Translations under genes and position numbers: made by a program | The notes under the pieces: generated by a model | Told to the model about the DNA's origin: nothing | The model's input: only the letters and a program-made list of their open reading frames with translations | The model's database searches: none | Shown here: positions 15,106 to 27,524 of the stretch, piece after piece | Layout: each line of letters begins with the position of its first letter | Numbering within the stretch: the stretch's first letter is position 1 | Source: Octopus vulgaris | Lineage: Eukaryota | Direction of reading: 5' to 3' | DNA: 64,000 nucleotides | Assembly (NCBI GenBank): GCA_951406725.2 | Contig: OX597818.1 | Location: forward strand, 66,898,001-66,962,000

Positions 15106-15839
15106 TCTTCAAAACTGACAGTCATGCACACACAGACACACACAAACACACACGAATATGTATATGTATATTTATGTGTGTGACCAGCGAAGTTGGAAGT
15201 CACGTGATCTGGTCGTCTCAGTGCTACAGTTGGCGTTCACTTATCTCTCCATTAGAGATATAAACAAGCGAGCATTTGGCAGCACAAGTCTATATGAGAG
15301 CATATATATGAGAGTAAAGTTTGTTCTTACAAAACATCCACGTTTAGCTGGCAATAAATAATACTTCCTGGTTTGAGTACTGCCTATGTCACTAACGCGT
15401 GAATATGCATGTGTGTTTGAGAGAGAGAGAGAGAGATTGCGTGTATTAATATTACAATGTGACGAACATACGCGTACTTACTAAAGTAATGTGTTGGCAA
15501 GAAAGTAATTTTGGTTTTTAGTTTAAAAGACAATTCATTATAATTTTCATGAAAAGAATAAACTTTAATAAATACTATATTTTTCATTTTATTCGATGAC
15601 AATTTGTCATCTTTGTAGCCACTACGCGAATACGAGTTCATAGAATCTCTGCTCCTTATCTAATAAAAAACTGAAGTGAGTGCAATTTCTTATCATTATT
15701 ATTGAAAATTTTACTATTCAAATAAATTTACAAACTTCCGAATATAAGGTTATATGATGGTGCAAGAACAGATCTATATGGTTTGTGTGACAACACTTCT
15801 CATCCAAGATGCAATCATTTTTCACACGTTATATATATA

Positions 15840-16045
15840 TAGGAAGAATTAACACACAAAAAAAGAGACGAAGGCAGGTGGTGTACACAACAAACAGATG
15901 TATTAGCTTATCGCTCGGGAAGTGAATAAAGGTTTTAACGTTTCGAACCTACGCTCTTCCACAGAAAGGAACACAGAAAAAAGCAAGGAGAGAAAATAAA
16001 GAATGTGTAGTGGCTAGTGATCTATCATGGCGAATGCCGGACACA
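15840..16045 (-). mobile_element. Short TA-flanked element with hammerhead-like motif (CUGU-core family)
   Basis: Minus 15933-15968: cttt-CTGTGGA-agagc-gtag-gttc-GAAAC-GTT-aaaa. Homologous to 36820-36997 (+) and 37110-37270 (-). Confidence 0.7.
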
Positions 16046-16047
16046 CT

Positions 16048-16080
<33 letters not shown>

Positions 16081-18313
16081 TCATGCATATATGTAGGCGT
16101 ATATGCATGCATATATGTGTTTTTGTGTGTACGTGTGTGTGTATGCTTGTAACCTCACATTTTCTTCCGCTACACAGCAAAATTCGCAAGTTCTCTTCAC
16201 AGTAGTCCAGGTTCCATGAAATCCTTGTGCGTGAATTTCGTAGTGTTTATAAATTGCAGATCTTAGGCGGATAAGCAATATAATTGGATTTGGTCATCTG
16301 CTTATTTTCCACAGGAAATTTGAAGACAAATTTTTATAGTTCTTTTATCCTGCAGTATCTACAATTAGTGTGAAACTTTACTCCTATCACTGTCTCTAAT
16401 TCTACCGCACCGAGGTATATATATTTGAAAATTTGTAAAGGGACTTAATGTTCTCAGCCATATTTTCTATGCCCCGATTTCGCCTTCTCCTCTTCTGTTT
16501 CATGGGATATTCTTAGCGCATGTTTTATTGGTAATAGTGCGGACATCTTGTTTTCTTTAATGTTTATATTTAATCAAAGAATACATTAATGCATCGATGT
16601 AGTTTTACTAATATATATTTCATCAGTTTAAGGCATTCTACACTTTTTCTGCATCAGCTGTTTTTTCCATGTAACAAACGAGTCTCACAGAATGAGTTTG
16701 AGTGCGAGCTCAACGTTAAGAGTTTCCTATTTCCAGAGATGTAGATTGACACTCGCCCGAGACATCTTTCTTTTTAGTCTCTATGCGTCGCATACTTGGC
16801 CGAGTATAACTCTCCACAATCTATGTCGATATATTTACGTATTTCAGAAATCGCTATGCAAATTGCTTAAACAAATGATGAAAGATCCCTCTTTTGCTGC
16901 TGATCTACCAGAAGTATCTCCGGTAGCCTCGAACTCGGGTACATGTCAATTGCTTGTTCATATTAGTAGACATAACAGCTGATCGGGTAGTTTGGTGCCG
17001 CAGTTAAAACACACTTGTTCAATTGTTACATTCGCATTACATTTGAATATTATGTCTTAGTGGATGTAGGTGGCGGATTCTGTGTCTCCTGCCCTGCCGC
17101 GTTGTGTTTAGTTGGGTTTTTAGATACCATATTGATTAAGAAATAAATAGTTGATAATTTTAGAGCTATTAGGCTTGAGTTTTGGATGTTTGTACCTGTC
17201 TTTCTCGATACCATAAGACATCCTTAATTCGAAATCTCAAGATTTGCATTTTCACATGGCGTAAAATTATTATTTGCCCTACAGACACATATTAAAAAAA
17301 ATAATAATTCAGACACATCCAAGTTTGAGTTCTCAGAATAATTCAAGACGTCAATGTGGAACGTCTGTATGAAATAATAACATTGTATAAATTTAGTGAA
17401 ATATACATTTTTATTTGGAAAATATGAAAATAATAAAAGAAAGCAGAGAAACGTACATTGCATAATAAATTTATTACACATACGTATTTCAGTCTAGGGA
17501 GTAAAATCATAGATTTTCGGATCGGTTTATTGAAGATGGGATTTTAAAGATCTGTAGGAAGAGCATACTAATATCCTAAGAATTTATCACCAAGTGAATA
17601 AAACTGAGCAAAAGTAAAATTTCTCATTGAGCACAAGAGAATATGGAATAGTGAAAAATCTGTAATCGAAGACTATCTTGCTTTTTTCAACCCTTCAACT
17701 GTTGCGGAACGAAAATGTGAGTCAAAAAATATCAATGTGTTTGTGTGTGTATATTTACATTCACTTAAACACACATAAATACATATCTGTGTGTGTGTAT
17801 ATATACTTACCTTCACATACACGCAATTACATATATGCCTGTGCCTGTGCATGTCTGTATGTGTGTATATATACACATACCTATATACATATATACATTT
17901 ACCTGTCTGTTTTATATGATATAATGTAGATAAACATATTTTTAGGCATACAGATTCTTAGATCGAAGTCGTCGCTACAAATCCACAGACGTGTGGGTAG
18001 CGATACACATATGGAAGACGGTCGGAACTACCCTCATAAATCAATAATTACCGACTTTGAATTGACAAGCTGTAGGAGATAAATTACTTCGGAGAATTTA
18101 TGGCATCAGCCTTTCTCCATGCTCGAATGCACAATACTTTCTCCATTAGAAACGAGTTGTCTTGCATATGTCCAACAATGTAGTAAAATATTGCGTCCAA
18201 TTAAATTCCCCTCCTATTATATAGATTGCATTTAAATTTAAATACATCTTTCAGGTTGACTAGTAGACAAATTTCATATACGTATGTGTAAGTGTTTGTA
18301 GTGTTTATGTAAA

Positions 18314-18408
<95 letters not shown>

Positions 18409-18714
18409 ATATCTCTCTATATATAGGTATATATGCATGAATATATATATATACATATATATATGTGTGTGTGTGTGTGTGCTTGTGCGTGATTGGACAC
18501 GTGACTTACTGGTTAGGGTATTACACTGAGGATTCATCGATCGTGATTTCAATTCCTAGATCGGGTGATGCATTTAGTTCTGGAGCTAGAAAAAATTCAT
18601 ATCATGTGTCTCTGGAATGTGTGCGGGCGTGTGTACTTGTGTATGTGTATGTATATATATATATGTATTTGCGTTTACATTTCATACACACACACACACA
18701 CATATATATATGTC

Positions 18715-19051
18715 CCAGCTGATACGATCAACGAAACAGCTTCCTCGTGAAATTAACGTGCAAGTGGCTGAGCATTCCACAGACGCGCGAACCCCTAACA
18801 TAGTTCTCAGGAAGATTCAGCGTGACACAGAGTGTGACAAGGCTGGCCCTTTGAAACACAGGTACAACAGAAACAGGAAGGAAACGTGAGAGAAAGTCGT
18901 GGTGAACGAGCACAGCAGGGTTCGCCATCGCCCCTCCCCTGCCGGAGATCGTGGAGATTTAAGTGTTTTCTCTCCATACACACAAAACCCCGTCTGGGAA
19001 TCAAAATCGTGACCCTGCCACCGCCTGTCTGCTTCCCTAACCATTGGGCCA
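18715..19051 (-). mobile_element. tRNA-derived SINE, family B
   Basis: Minus-strand head tggcccaatggttagggaagcagac..ttgattcccagacggg; body (on +) gcaagtggctgagcattccacagac..gtgtgacaaggctggccctttgaa shared with 26770-27150. Confidence 0.8.
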
Positions 19052-19071
19052 GTAAGCCTATATACATATAT

Positions 19072-19265
19072 TAAATTCCCCAAAAACGAAGAACACAAGA
19101 AACAACGTGAAGACATGGTACATGTAGAATATCAGCAGCCACTCAGAGAAAGAAAGATGGTTTTACGTTTCGGGCAAAACTCTTCTTCACTAACGAAGAA
19201 AAGTCCAATAGAGAAGGAAGATGGAGGGAAAAATTTTGCCGACGATGCGATTACGTTTTGAAAAT
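19072..19265 (-). mobile_element. Short TA-flanked element with degenerate hammerhead-like motif
   Basis: Minus 19160-19194: gtta-GTGAAGA-agagt-ttt-gccc-GAAAC-GTA-aaac. Homologous along its length to 62115-62340. Confidence 0.65.
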
Positions 19266-19391
19266 GTATACATATATATATACTCAAAATAAGCAACAAG
19301 GATATCCAAGGTAGTGTAGTACGATCGTTTCATGCTACTTAATTTTATTGAACAATATACATTTTTATACTTATTTCATTTGCCAAAATTG

Positions 19392-19463
<72 letters not shown>

Positions 19464-19466
19464 CAC

Positions 19467-19579
<113 letters not shown>

Positions 19580-19584
19580 TATGC

Positions 19585-19632
<48 letters not shown>

Positions 19633-20354
19633 ATATATATATATATAGATATACGTACGTATACTCGCTCGAATCCTACCAGATAATGTCAAAGTACTGA
19701 ATAAATAGTTAGTACAACATTTGAAGTAATGTAAATGAATGTTAGAAACAAAATGTACCCGACTGAGAAACTGGATGAGAGAGAAAAAACAGACTGAAAG
19801 GCAGGGCAAAATATATGGAGAGACAGATGGAGTAAACCTCAATGTAATAAATAAGCGTATGAAAAGAACAGCTCTTTACGCTATGAATAATAATCAAAAC
19901 AATATCGATCAATATTACCGTAACAAGTGAAAAAGCATATTGGAAATATTTAATATGGCTGAACGTCTTTTCTCTTTCAGTCGTTCGAGATTTCATGCAC
20001 ACTCACTGCAATTTCGGTGCTGCAAAATCTTAGAATCGTTCGCCGAAAGTCCATTATGCTTAGGTATCTTTAACGAAATATTAACGGAATTTCTAGCAAC
20101 ATTCATACATTACAATCAAAGTAAACTTAATTATCTGGTTGCAAAATTTCCTTCAAATATCACGGATCTGTTTGCAGATAATTTTCGATGATATACAATA
20201 TAATATCAAACAAATATTAGTTACAATCATTTATGTTCTTTAATGCATTATGTGTTGACTCATATTCCTCTATTTATTCTTGACAAATATTGTGGAAATG
20301 CCATATAAATTATGCGATGTGTACTCCGTCGCTACACAGTAATGGATTTAAACC

Positions 20355-20599
20355 CAGTCAGTCAGTCGCCCACTGACACTCTCTGACACTGCATCGAAGA
20401 GGCCAGGGACAGAAGAAAGAAGACATGCACCCAACACCAGAGCTGAAGATACCTCCGAGAGGGATGGGGCGACACGTCAAATCGGTAGAGGAGTAGGGGC
20501 CGCAACCGGACGTGGTTCCCCCTGATGATGTTCTGAGCTAACTGGATCCTATAAATGAGCTGTTGTTGTAGCAGACCACAAAACACCGTTGAAATTCCT
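20355..20599 (+). repeat. Dispersed GC-richer repeat, partial copy of 58518-58947
   Basis: cagtcagtcgccc..catcgaagaggccaggga..agaagacatgcacccaacaccagagct..ggtagaggagtaggggccg..ctgatga..taactggatcctataa..gttgaaattcct is shared with 58703-58945. Confidence 0.85.
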
Positions 20600-22320
20600 A
20601 CTTATGTACTTCTTAATATACATTTTTGTAGAGTACCACATTCATTTTGTGGAGTACCATATTCAAGAGTATATACTATTGGGTGTCAACAAGAAATCGT
20701 GAAAAGAATAGATCGTAGAAACCACTTAATTCATGTGAGCAAGGGTGGAATTTAATATGATTAAAAGTTTCTCGAATAAACGTCCGGCTATCATTCATAA
20801 GGAATACTAGTCCCTGGGTCGCATCATCACCACAGCGTGAAACATATAATCAAAGCGATGCAATTTAATCAAACATTGTAAATAGGTTTAGGAGAACAGA
20901 ATGAGTTATGTGCATCGCTGTTTTACTTTTAGAGCTAACTTATATTTTCAGTACTCTACACGGAATAATGAGGCAATATATCAAGATGCATTATATGTTA
21001 AGCCTTACGTATATTACAATTGATCCGTTATGACCGCAGCTACGGAAAAACCGCTTTGTCTTTTGTTTCCTCTGCATCGCTAATAAAACCTCACCCTGTC
21101 ATATTAATTTGCATAGTTGTCCAATGCCTGTACAGACGAGCAACAGCTTAATGAGAAAACGAAATCTTTGACACAAAAGGTGAACAATTTATTGGAAAGG
21201 TGAAAATTTGAAACCTGTCATCCATGTTCTTTTATTTACTGAAAGGGACTTATATCTCTAAGGTTATACGAATTTATGTGCCAAGCTAATGTATCTTTTC
21301 ACAGTAATGTGTTTGATGTTGTTGAAATTACAAGTTGCAGCACCTTCAGGATCAAAATTATTCATCGTATTACTTCACTTTATATTTTCTACTTTGAAAA
21401 ATATGTCCTTGAATTGTATCAGGAAGAAGCGATTTGTATCATTATCTAGAGCTTGTTTTTCTTCTCTGCAGTGAACAAAAACAATCAGAGATCAATTACT
21501 CCATTGCTATCTTCTGCATTCAAACTGATCGGACAAAAAGGGGTTGTTTTGAATCAATTTTATGTTGAAAGATGAAAGTGTGATTTTTCTGTACTGCCTT
21601 GCGGATGGATTGATTTATATAGTCTGCGAAATTAAATAGAAATCTTGAAAGGAAAACTGGAGCAATAAATATTGGCAATACTATTGCTATAATTTAAAAT
21701 AAAATCATAAATCATAAATATTATATTATATAAAAAGTTAGCCAAAATTTCAAAGATTTTAATATACGAAACACATACAATGTTCCTCAAAAGTATTATA
21801 TATACGAATGGCGTTCCACAAACAATAATATCAGAGGGCAACAACAACTAATATAATGTGTACTTTGATACGTGTTCTAGGTGTTCTGTTCCAAGCAGAA
21901 GCTAATCGAATATCGAAGACTTTGGGGTTTTTATTTTTGTTTCGGAACGTTTTCTTTTGACACATTGTAGATTTTGGTTTATTTTTTATAATATTCTGAA
22001 TAATTAATATATTAAACGAATTCAATATAAGTTCTGGTTTTCACTCTAAAATAATAGGAAACGTTATTTCTACTTGATTCTACGAAGAGAGGAGTATCTT
22101 TTCATTGTAACCAACGGACAATAATGGCTCGGTAAGAGAGTCTGCATTTTGAAACATGTTTAACATCGTGTTTCGAAATATGCCCAATGGATTTGGATCT
22201 GCAAAGAGAACCTCCAAGTAAGTCAGCGCTTATGCAGCTTTGGTATCAATAAGTTATTTTATTTTAACAGAGATCCGTATCAACCATGATAATTCATTAT
22301 GCGATGCACATGTCAGAATA

Positions 22321-22540
22321 TATTGGGCCATCCCATAAATAATGCGGTTTATTTAATCATTTAGATTTTAAAATTAAGAAAAACAATCTTTATTAATCTA
22401 AAATATATTCTCCTTCAATTTCTACAATTTCTACAATGCTCTTCCATTTATCTGGTAGAATCGCGGGGTCCCACCTCCAAACTTCACTTGTCCGTGACGA
22501 AAACTACACCGCCAGTACTGTTCGGAGCAAGTCTGAATTC
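22321..22540 (-). mobile_element. mariner-family transposon 3' end remnant
   Basis: Minus strand reads FSSRTSEVWRWDPAILPDKWKSIVEIVEIEGEYILD*, matching the mariner C-terminus (LPxRW..GEY), then a TIR-like end tattgggccatcccataaataatgcgg. Confidence 0.65.
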
Positions 22541-22544
22541 ATAT

Positions 22545-23290
22545 TTTCCCGACCACATGATTTTAAAGACCGTAGAATAAATGATAATCAGAAGGGGTTA
22601 TGGAAAAATCAAATTGCACAAGGCTTTAGTACAACACTAACTGAAAGACAATATGCACCATCACTTATACACGAGGGAATTAGGCATAAAAACTTCAAGG
22701 ACAACAAAGCATAACACAATATCTTATCCCAAAACACTTCTGTATATTTCCACTCACATCCCTAGAAACATTGAGATGCACTACAGTATTGTGCAAAATC
22801 TTACATTAGTAACTGGAGACCCCACAATTGACAACATCGTGAAAACACATTAATTCATCAAATACAAAAAGCAACACAAATTGCTAGAGACTTCTAACAA
22901 ATGTGAATATTTACAAAACAACTACGAAACCAAATGTTAGAAAATGTAGATGTCCAAATTGTGGAACCTGCCCTAATCTACTTGATGCCTCAGATCTTCT
23001 TTTCAAAAAAGAGAGAGGTTCACAATCAAAGCCAACTTCGTTTGTGCCCCTGAGAATCTAATTTATGTAATAACCTGCTCAGGTTGGGAACATAGCTATA
23101 TAGGACTGACGAGTATGATATTGCGACGGAGAAACACTTTAGTGAGCACATGGGAAAACGTGCAGGTAATAGCAAACCAAATTTTACAGGTTTCCCATTC
23201 TACCAGTGCTAAGATACAATTTCTGTACAAGAACGTAAAAATATATAAATTTTATTCATAAAAAATGTAGAACACTTCTAAATATGCACG
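22545..23290 (+). mobile_element. Penelope-like element remnant (RT thumb, Cys linker, GIY-YIG endonuclease)
   Basis: Broken frames give LTERQYAPSLIHEGIR, KCRCPNCGTCPNL and FTIKANFVCAPENLIYVITCSGWEHSYIGLTSMILRRR (LIY..YIG = GIY-YIG motif). Confidence 0.8.
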
Positions 23291-23583
23291 CATAACAAAC
23301 TTTGATTTCTCTATATATTTTAATTCACGATTACATACCCATCACTTTATATATTTCTCCCACTACAATATTTAAAAAAAATTTTGTACATAATTCCACC
23401 CACCCTCCACTGAAAGCTGACAAATTATCTCTCCTGTCCACAATAATAGCGATCGCCAATTACCTCCCCATAGATTTTTCTACTTGTTGGATTATTCACT
23501 CACAAACTCCAGAAACAGCATGGAGAAAGCTTTTCTTTTTGTCCATGTTGTGTGTGGAAAAAAGGTAGTTAAAGTAAGTTTAA

Positions 23584-23616
23584 CATCATGATTAGCGAAA
23601 GCAAAACCGGTCGACG
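23584..23616 (+). ncRNA. Degenerate hammerhead-like motif downstream of the Penelope remnant
   Basis: catc-ATGATTA-gc-gaaa-gc-AAAAC-CG-GTC-gacg versus consensus CTGATGA..GAAACCGGTC; several core substitutions. Confidence 0.5.
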
Positions 23617-25471
23617 AACACAATATAAAATATATTATAAAATAATTTCAGCCTATGTAAAATGTGTGCTTTTTCTTTCATTAAATTCGTGCATATATTA
23701 CATCACACCACGTGGGTATATATATATATATATATATGTGTGTGTATGTGTGTGTGAGTGTGTGTATATGTGTGTGTGTTATTGACGAATTCACTGTGAG
23801 AGGCTGCAGATGAATTGTAGAGTGGTGTGTGTGTGTGTTCCCAGAATTCCAACAATGTCAAATGCGCAAGTAATTATGTTTTATATTCATACATCTACAG
23901 TGATTGATTTTCAGGTTGTTCCGTTTGCATTATACATACTGTATAGTGTTGCCGTAGGCTTACTCGCATCTAATGAAAATCGCGGTAGATTTTGCAAGGA
24001 AATATTATTGTAGATATATTTGTGGATTATGTACAATAATATTATTCCAATTCCATGATTTGAATTTTAAATCCGAATTTGTTGGGCACTTTAATGTGGA
24101 GAATATATTCCCGGAGAGATTATCTTCCAAAATATATATCTCGTGCTTTCATGACATCGACAAGATTATATCAGTGAGTGCGTTTCAAACAACATCAATT
24201 TTGCAGCCTCTGGATGAAAGAAATACACGTGTGAATATATTTATAAGCTTTATATCCCAAAAGCATAATCATGACAATGCTAATATATATATATTGATGC
24301 ATGTATACATCCCTGTGCACGTGTGTGTAAAGGTGTGTGTGTTTATACAGGCATGCTATATAAACTTACATGCACACTCCAACATACACACACATACGCA
24401 TATATATTCCTACATCGGAGAAATCTTTGACAAATACCAGAGCAATGTACAGCATCAGCTGGTAGTATATGTTACGATTTTGTTGGCAGAAAACCATGTA
24501 TATTGCTGTGAATGTAGTGGCTACATGGAGTGCTGTGTTGTCCTGTCTACATTCAAGGCCTTTAAAGACATTATATTGCAACAAATAATAGTTACATCTC
24601 AAAATGCTCCCAGATTCGTGAAATATATAATCTGAAAGGTGAGTTAACCACCCAATAAGCATCTTAGGTTCATTTTGACCTTAGTCAGTATCTCATTTTC
24701 TATCAACTTTTATTGTCACCAAACAATAAATCATATTCCCTACATATAAATAATGAATACAAGCACGCATATTTATGTACGCAAAAGCACCATGATGCAC
24801 CATGATGCAAACCGGCACAAAACTCATACGTACATATTCTAAGGGACGTAAAATATATTTAGAATATATTCTACGTATTACAAGTATTTTCTGACAGAGA
24901 AAATAATAACTTAGGTAGGATTGATAGACATGTCTTCATTATTCTAGACATTAACCCGGGGCCGTGAAATGTTCACAACTCTCGCAAACACCCGATTCCT
25001 CTGGAATATGTCACAATTTCGAAATACATTTGCAACAATAAAAATTCAGAAAAACGAACTGCAGAGAAATTTCAGATTAAGGACATTTTGAAGCGGGTAT
25101 TTGCGCATCGTCTTTATTCTGGAATAATCTTAAAATTGATCCCTGAAATTTGAGAATAGTCACCATATCTCAATAACCTGAACTGGTGTAATAAGAAAAA
25201 CAATAAGAGCAAAATCTACGATAACAATAATGACAATGATAGCACTAAGCAACCACCATGGCTCAAAATGATTGGTAAAAATATAAAGATAGAACACCGA
25301 AAAAACTGGGCATTGCTCCGAATTGCAAGTGTATTCTGCAGGGGTATTCAAGCACGATCAGTAAACAGGTATCTTCTTAGACAGTGGACAGAGAAGGAGA
25401 GGCACTCAAACAATTAAGTGGAGTTTGTATGTATGGTTGCATATATATATATATACATACATACATATATA

Positions 25472-25549
<78 letters not shown>

Positions 25550-25579
25550 ATATATTTATATATACATATATATATGTAT

Positions 25580-25640
<61 letters not shown>

Positions 25641-26704
25641 TACATATATACCTTCACATATGAATACGTATTGTTTTATTGGCCTTTATGTTGTTCTCTT
25701 GATCGTAAGGTTGTGATTTCCAATTTGGACCGAGAAAAGCGTTGCGTTCATGAGCCAATACTCCAATTCCCTTTCCTTCACTGTTGGCAGGTGTGGAAAA
25801 AAAAATGTTCTGCTATAGAGCAATGTCCCGTCCACGTAGGTAATACATAGGCCAATGAATCCCAGAAACCTGGGATTATTGGCATATGGCATGCTATGGA
25901 CTTTTAATCATTAAAATATATGTATATGTGCGCGTATGTGTTTCTTTGTTTGCGTGTGTGTGTATGTTTGTGTATGCATTTCTGTTTGTCTATTTATAGG
26001 TGAATGTCCTCCTACAAACTTTGTTTACTTTCCATACATCCATATCTTCGTATATTTAATATCCGTATCGCACGTTCCACTCCTCAGAAAAGAAAATACA
26101 CCATCATGGTGTACATTACCCCCCATCGCTTCTTAATTCTGTGCATTGAACAATATTTTTTGAAAATGTATATTGATTGGGTTTTTTTTTTGTACATTTC
26201 ATCAAATGTTTACCTACCATCCGCTTGTTATATCTGAATACACACCCACATGTCGTTTAACCCCCGCCTTTTTTTTTAGTTATTCATTGATAAATATTTT
26301 TTCCTCTAAATTTATAATGATAATATTATATTGTTTGAATTCTTTTTCTTTTGTTTTGCATTTCACTAAGCTTCTCCCACTGAAGTGCGTAGGTTTCATA
26401 TGATACTGTTTAACTCGCCGCAGGACGTTACCTGAATAATATCAATTCTATTTTATATTTTGTCCAATCAAAACATAACTATAAAAGAGCAAAATAATTA
26501 GTATTCAATTTTTGCTTTTTGTTGGTTTTACTTTCACTTTAGTCTTCTGTTCTGTGGATACAATGGAGACATTCTAAGCAGCTAGGCTGCCAAATTCTGT
26601 GACAAAGACGAAGACGAATCACTCATACACTGTTGCAAATATCGCTCTTGCTTTACATAGTATTTGTATTTAAATGGGAGTTAAATAAACGTTGTTGTGT
26701 GGGT

Positions 26705-27524
26705 AAGTTACTTGCTGCGTCTGTCTGCGTTCGTGTGCGTTTGTTACTTGATATTTGAAGTATCGTGGTACTGCGTCGGTTACGACAACGAGGGTTCCAG
26801 TTGATCTAATCAACGGAACAGCGTGCTCATTAAATTAACGTGCAAGTGGTTGAGAACTCCACAGACAGCTATACCCTTAACTTAGTTCTCGGGGAGATCC
26901 AGCGTGACACAGACTGCGACAAATCTGGCCCTTTGAAATTCATGTACAACAGAAATAGGAAAAAAGAGTGAAAGAAAGTTGTGTTGAAATATTACAGCTG
27001 GGTTCACCGCCACTCCCTGTCGGAGCCTCGTGGAGCTTTAGGTGTTATCTTTTCTCTCAGTAAACACTTACAACGCCCCGTCTGGGAATCGAAACTGCGA
27101 TCCTATGCCCATGAGTCCGCTGCCCTAAATGCTGGGCCATTGCGCCTCCACATTTGAAGAATATGTTTGTTTCAAATAATAAGTAATTCCTGTAATGTAG
27201 TGTAATGGACCCTGAAAATGTCTCAGGGGTAGGGTCCGACAGGGGGTGGCGGTGAACCCACTCTTTCTTCCTATTTCCGCTGTACATGAATTTCAAAGGG
27301 CCAGATTTGTCGCAGTCTGTGTCACACTGGATCTCCCCGAGAACTACGTTAAGGGTATACCTGTCTGTGGAGTTCTCAACCACTTGCACGTTAATTTAAT
27401 AAGCACGCTGTTCCGTTGATTAGATCAAATGGAACCCACGTTGTCGTAACCGACGGAGTACAACGATACTTCAAATATCAAGTAACAAACGCACACGAAC
27501 GCAAACAGACGCACCGAGTAACTT
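26705..27524. repeat. Local inverted duplication, ~300-bp arms
   Basis: 26705-27024 is the reverse complement of 27235-27524 apart from one ~30-bp gap, including non-SINE flank. Confidence 0.9.
26770..27150 (-). mobile_element. tRNA-derived SINE, family B (partly re-copied in inverted orientation at 27235-27460)
   Basis: Head tggaggcgcaatggcccagcatttagggcagcggactc..tttcgattcccagacggg; homologous to 18715-19051. Confidence 0.85.

Noticed and set aside
16200-17230. Possible Penelope N-terminal remnant on minus
   Set aside because: Only faint motif resemblance.
23973-24635. 220-aa ORF
   Set aside because: No recognisable domain, runs through CA/TG repeats, no convincing splice signals.
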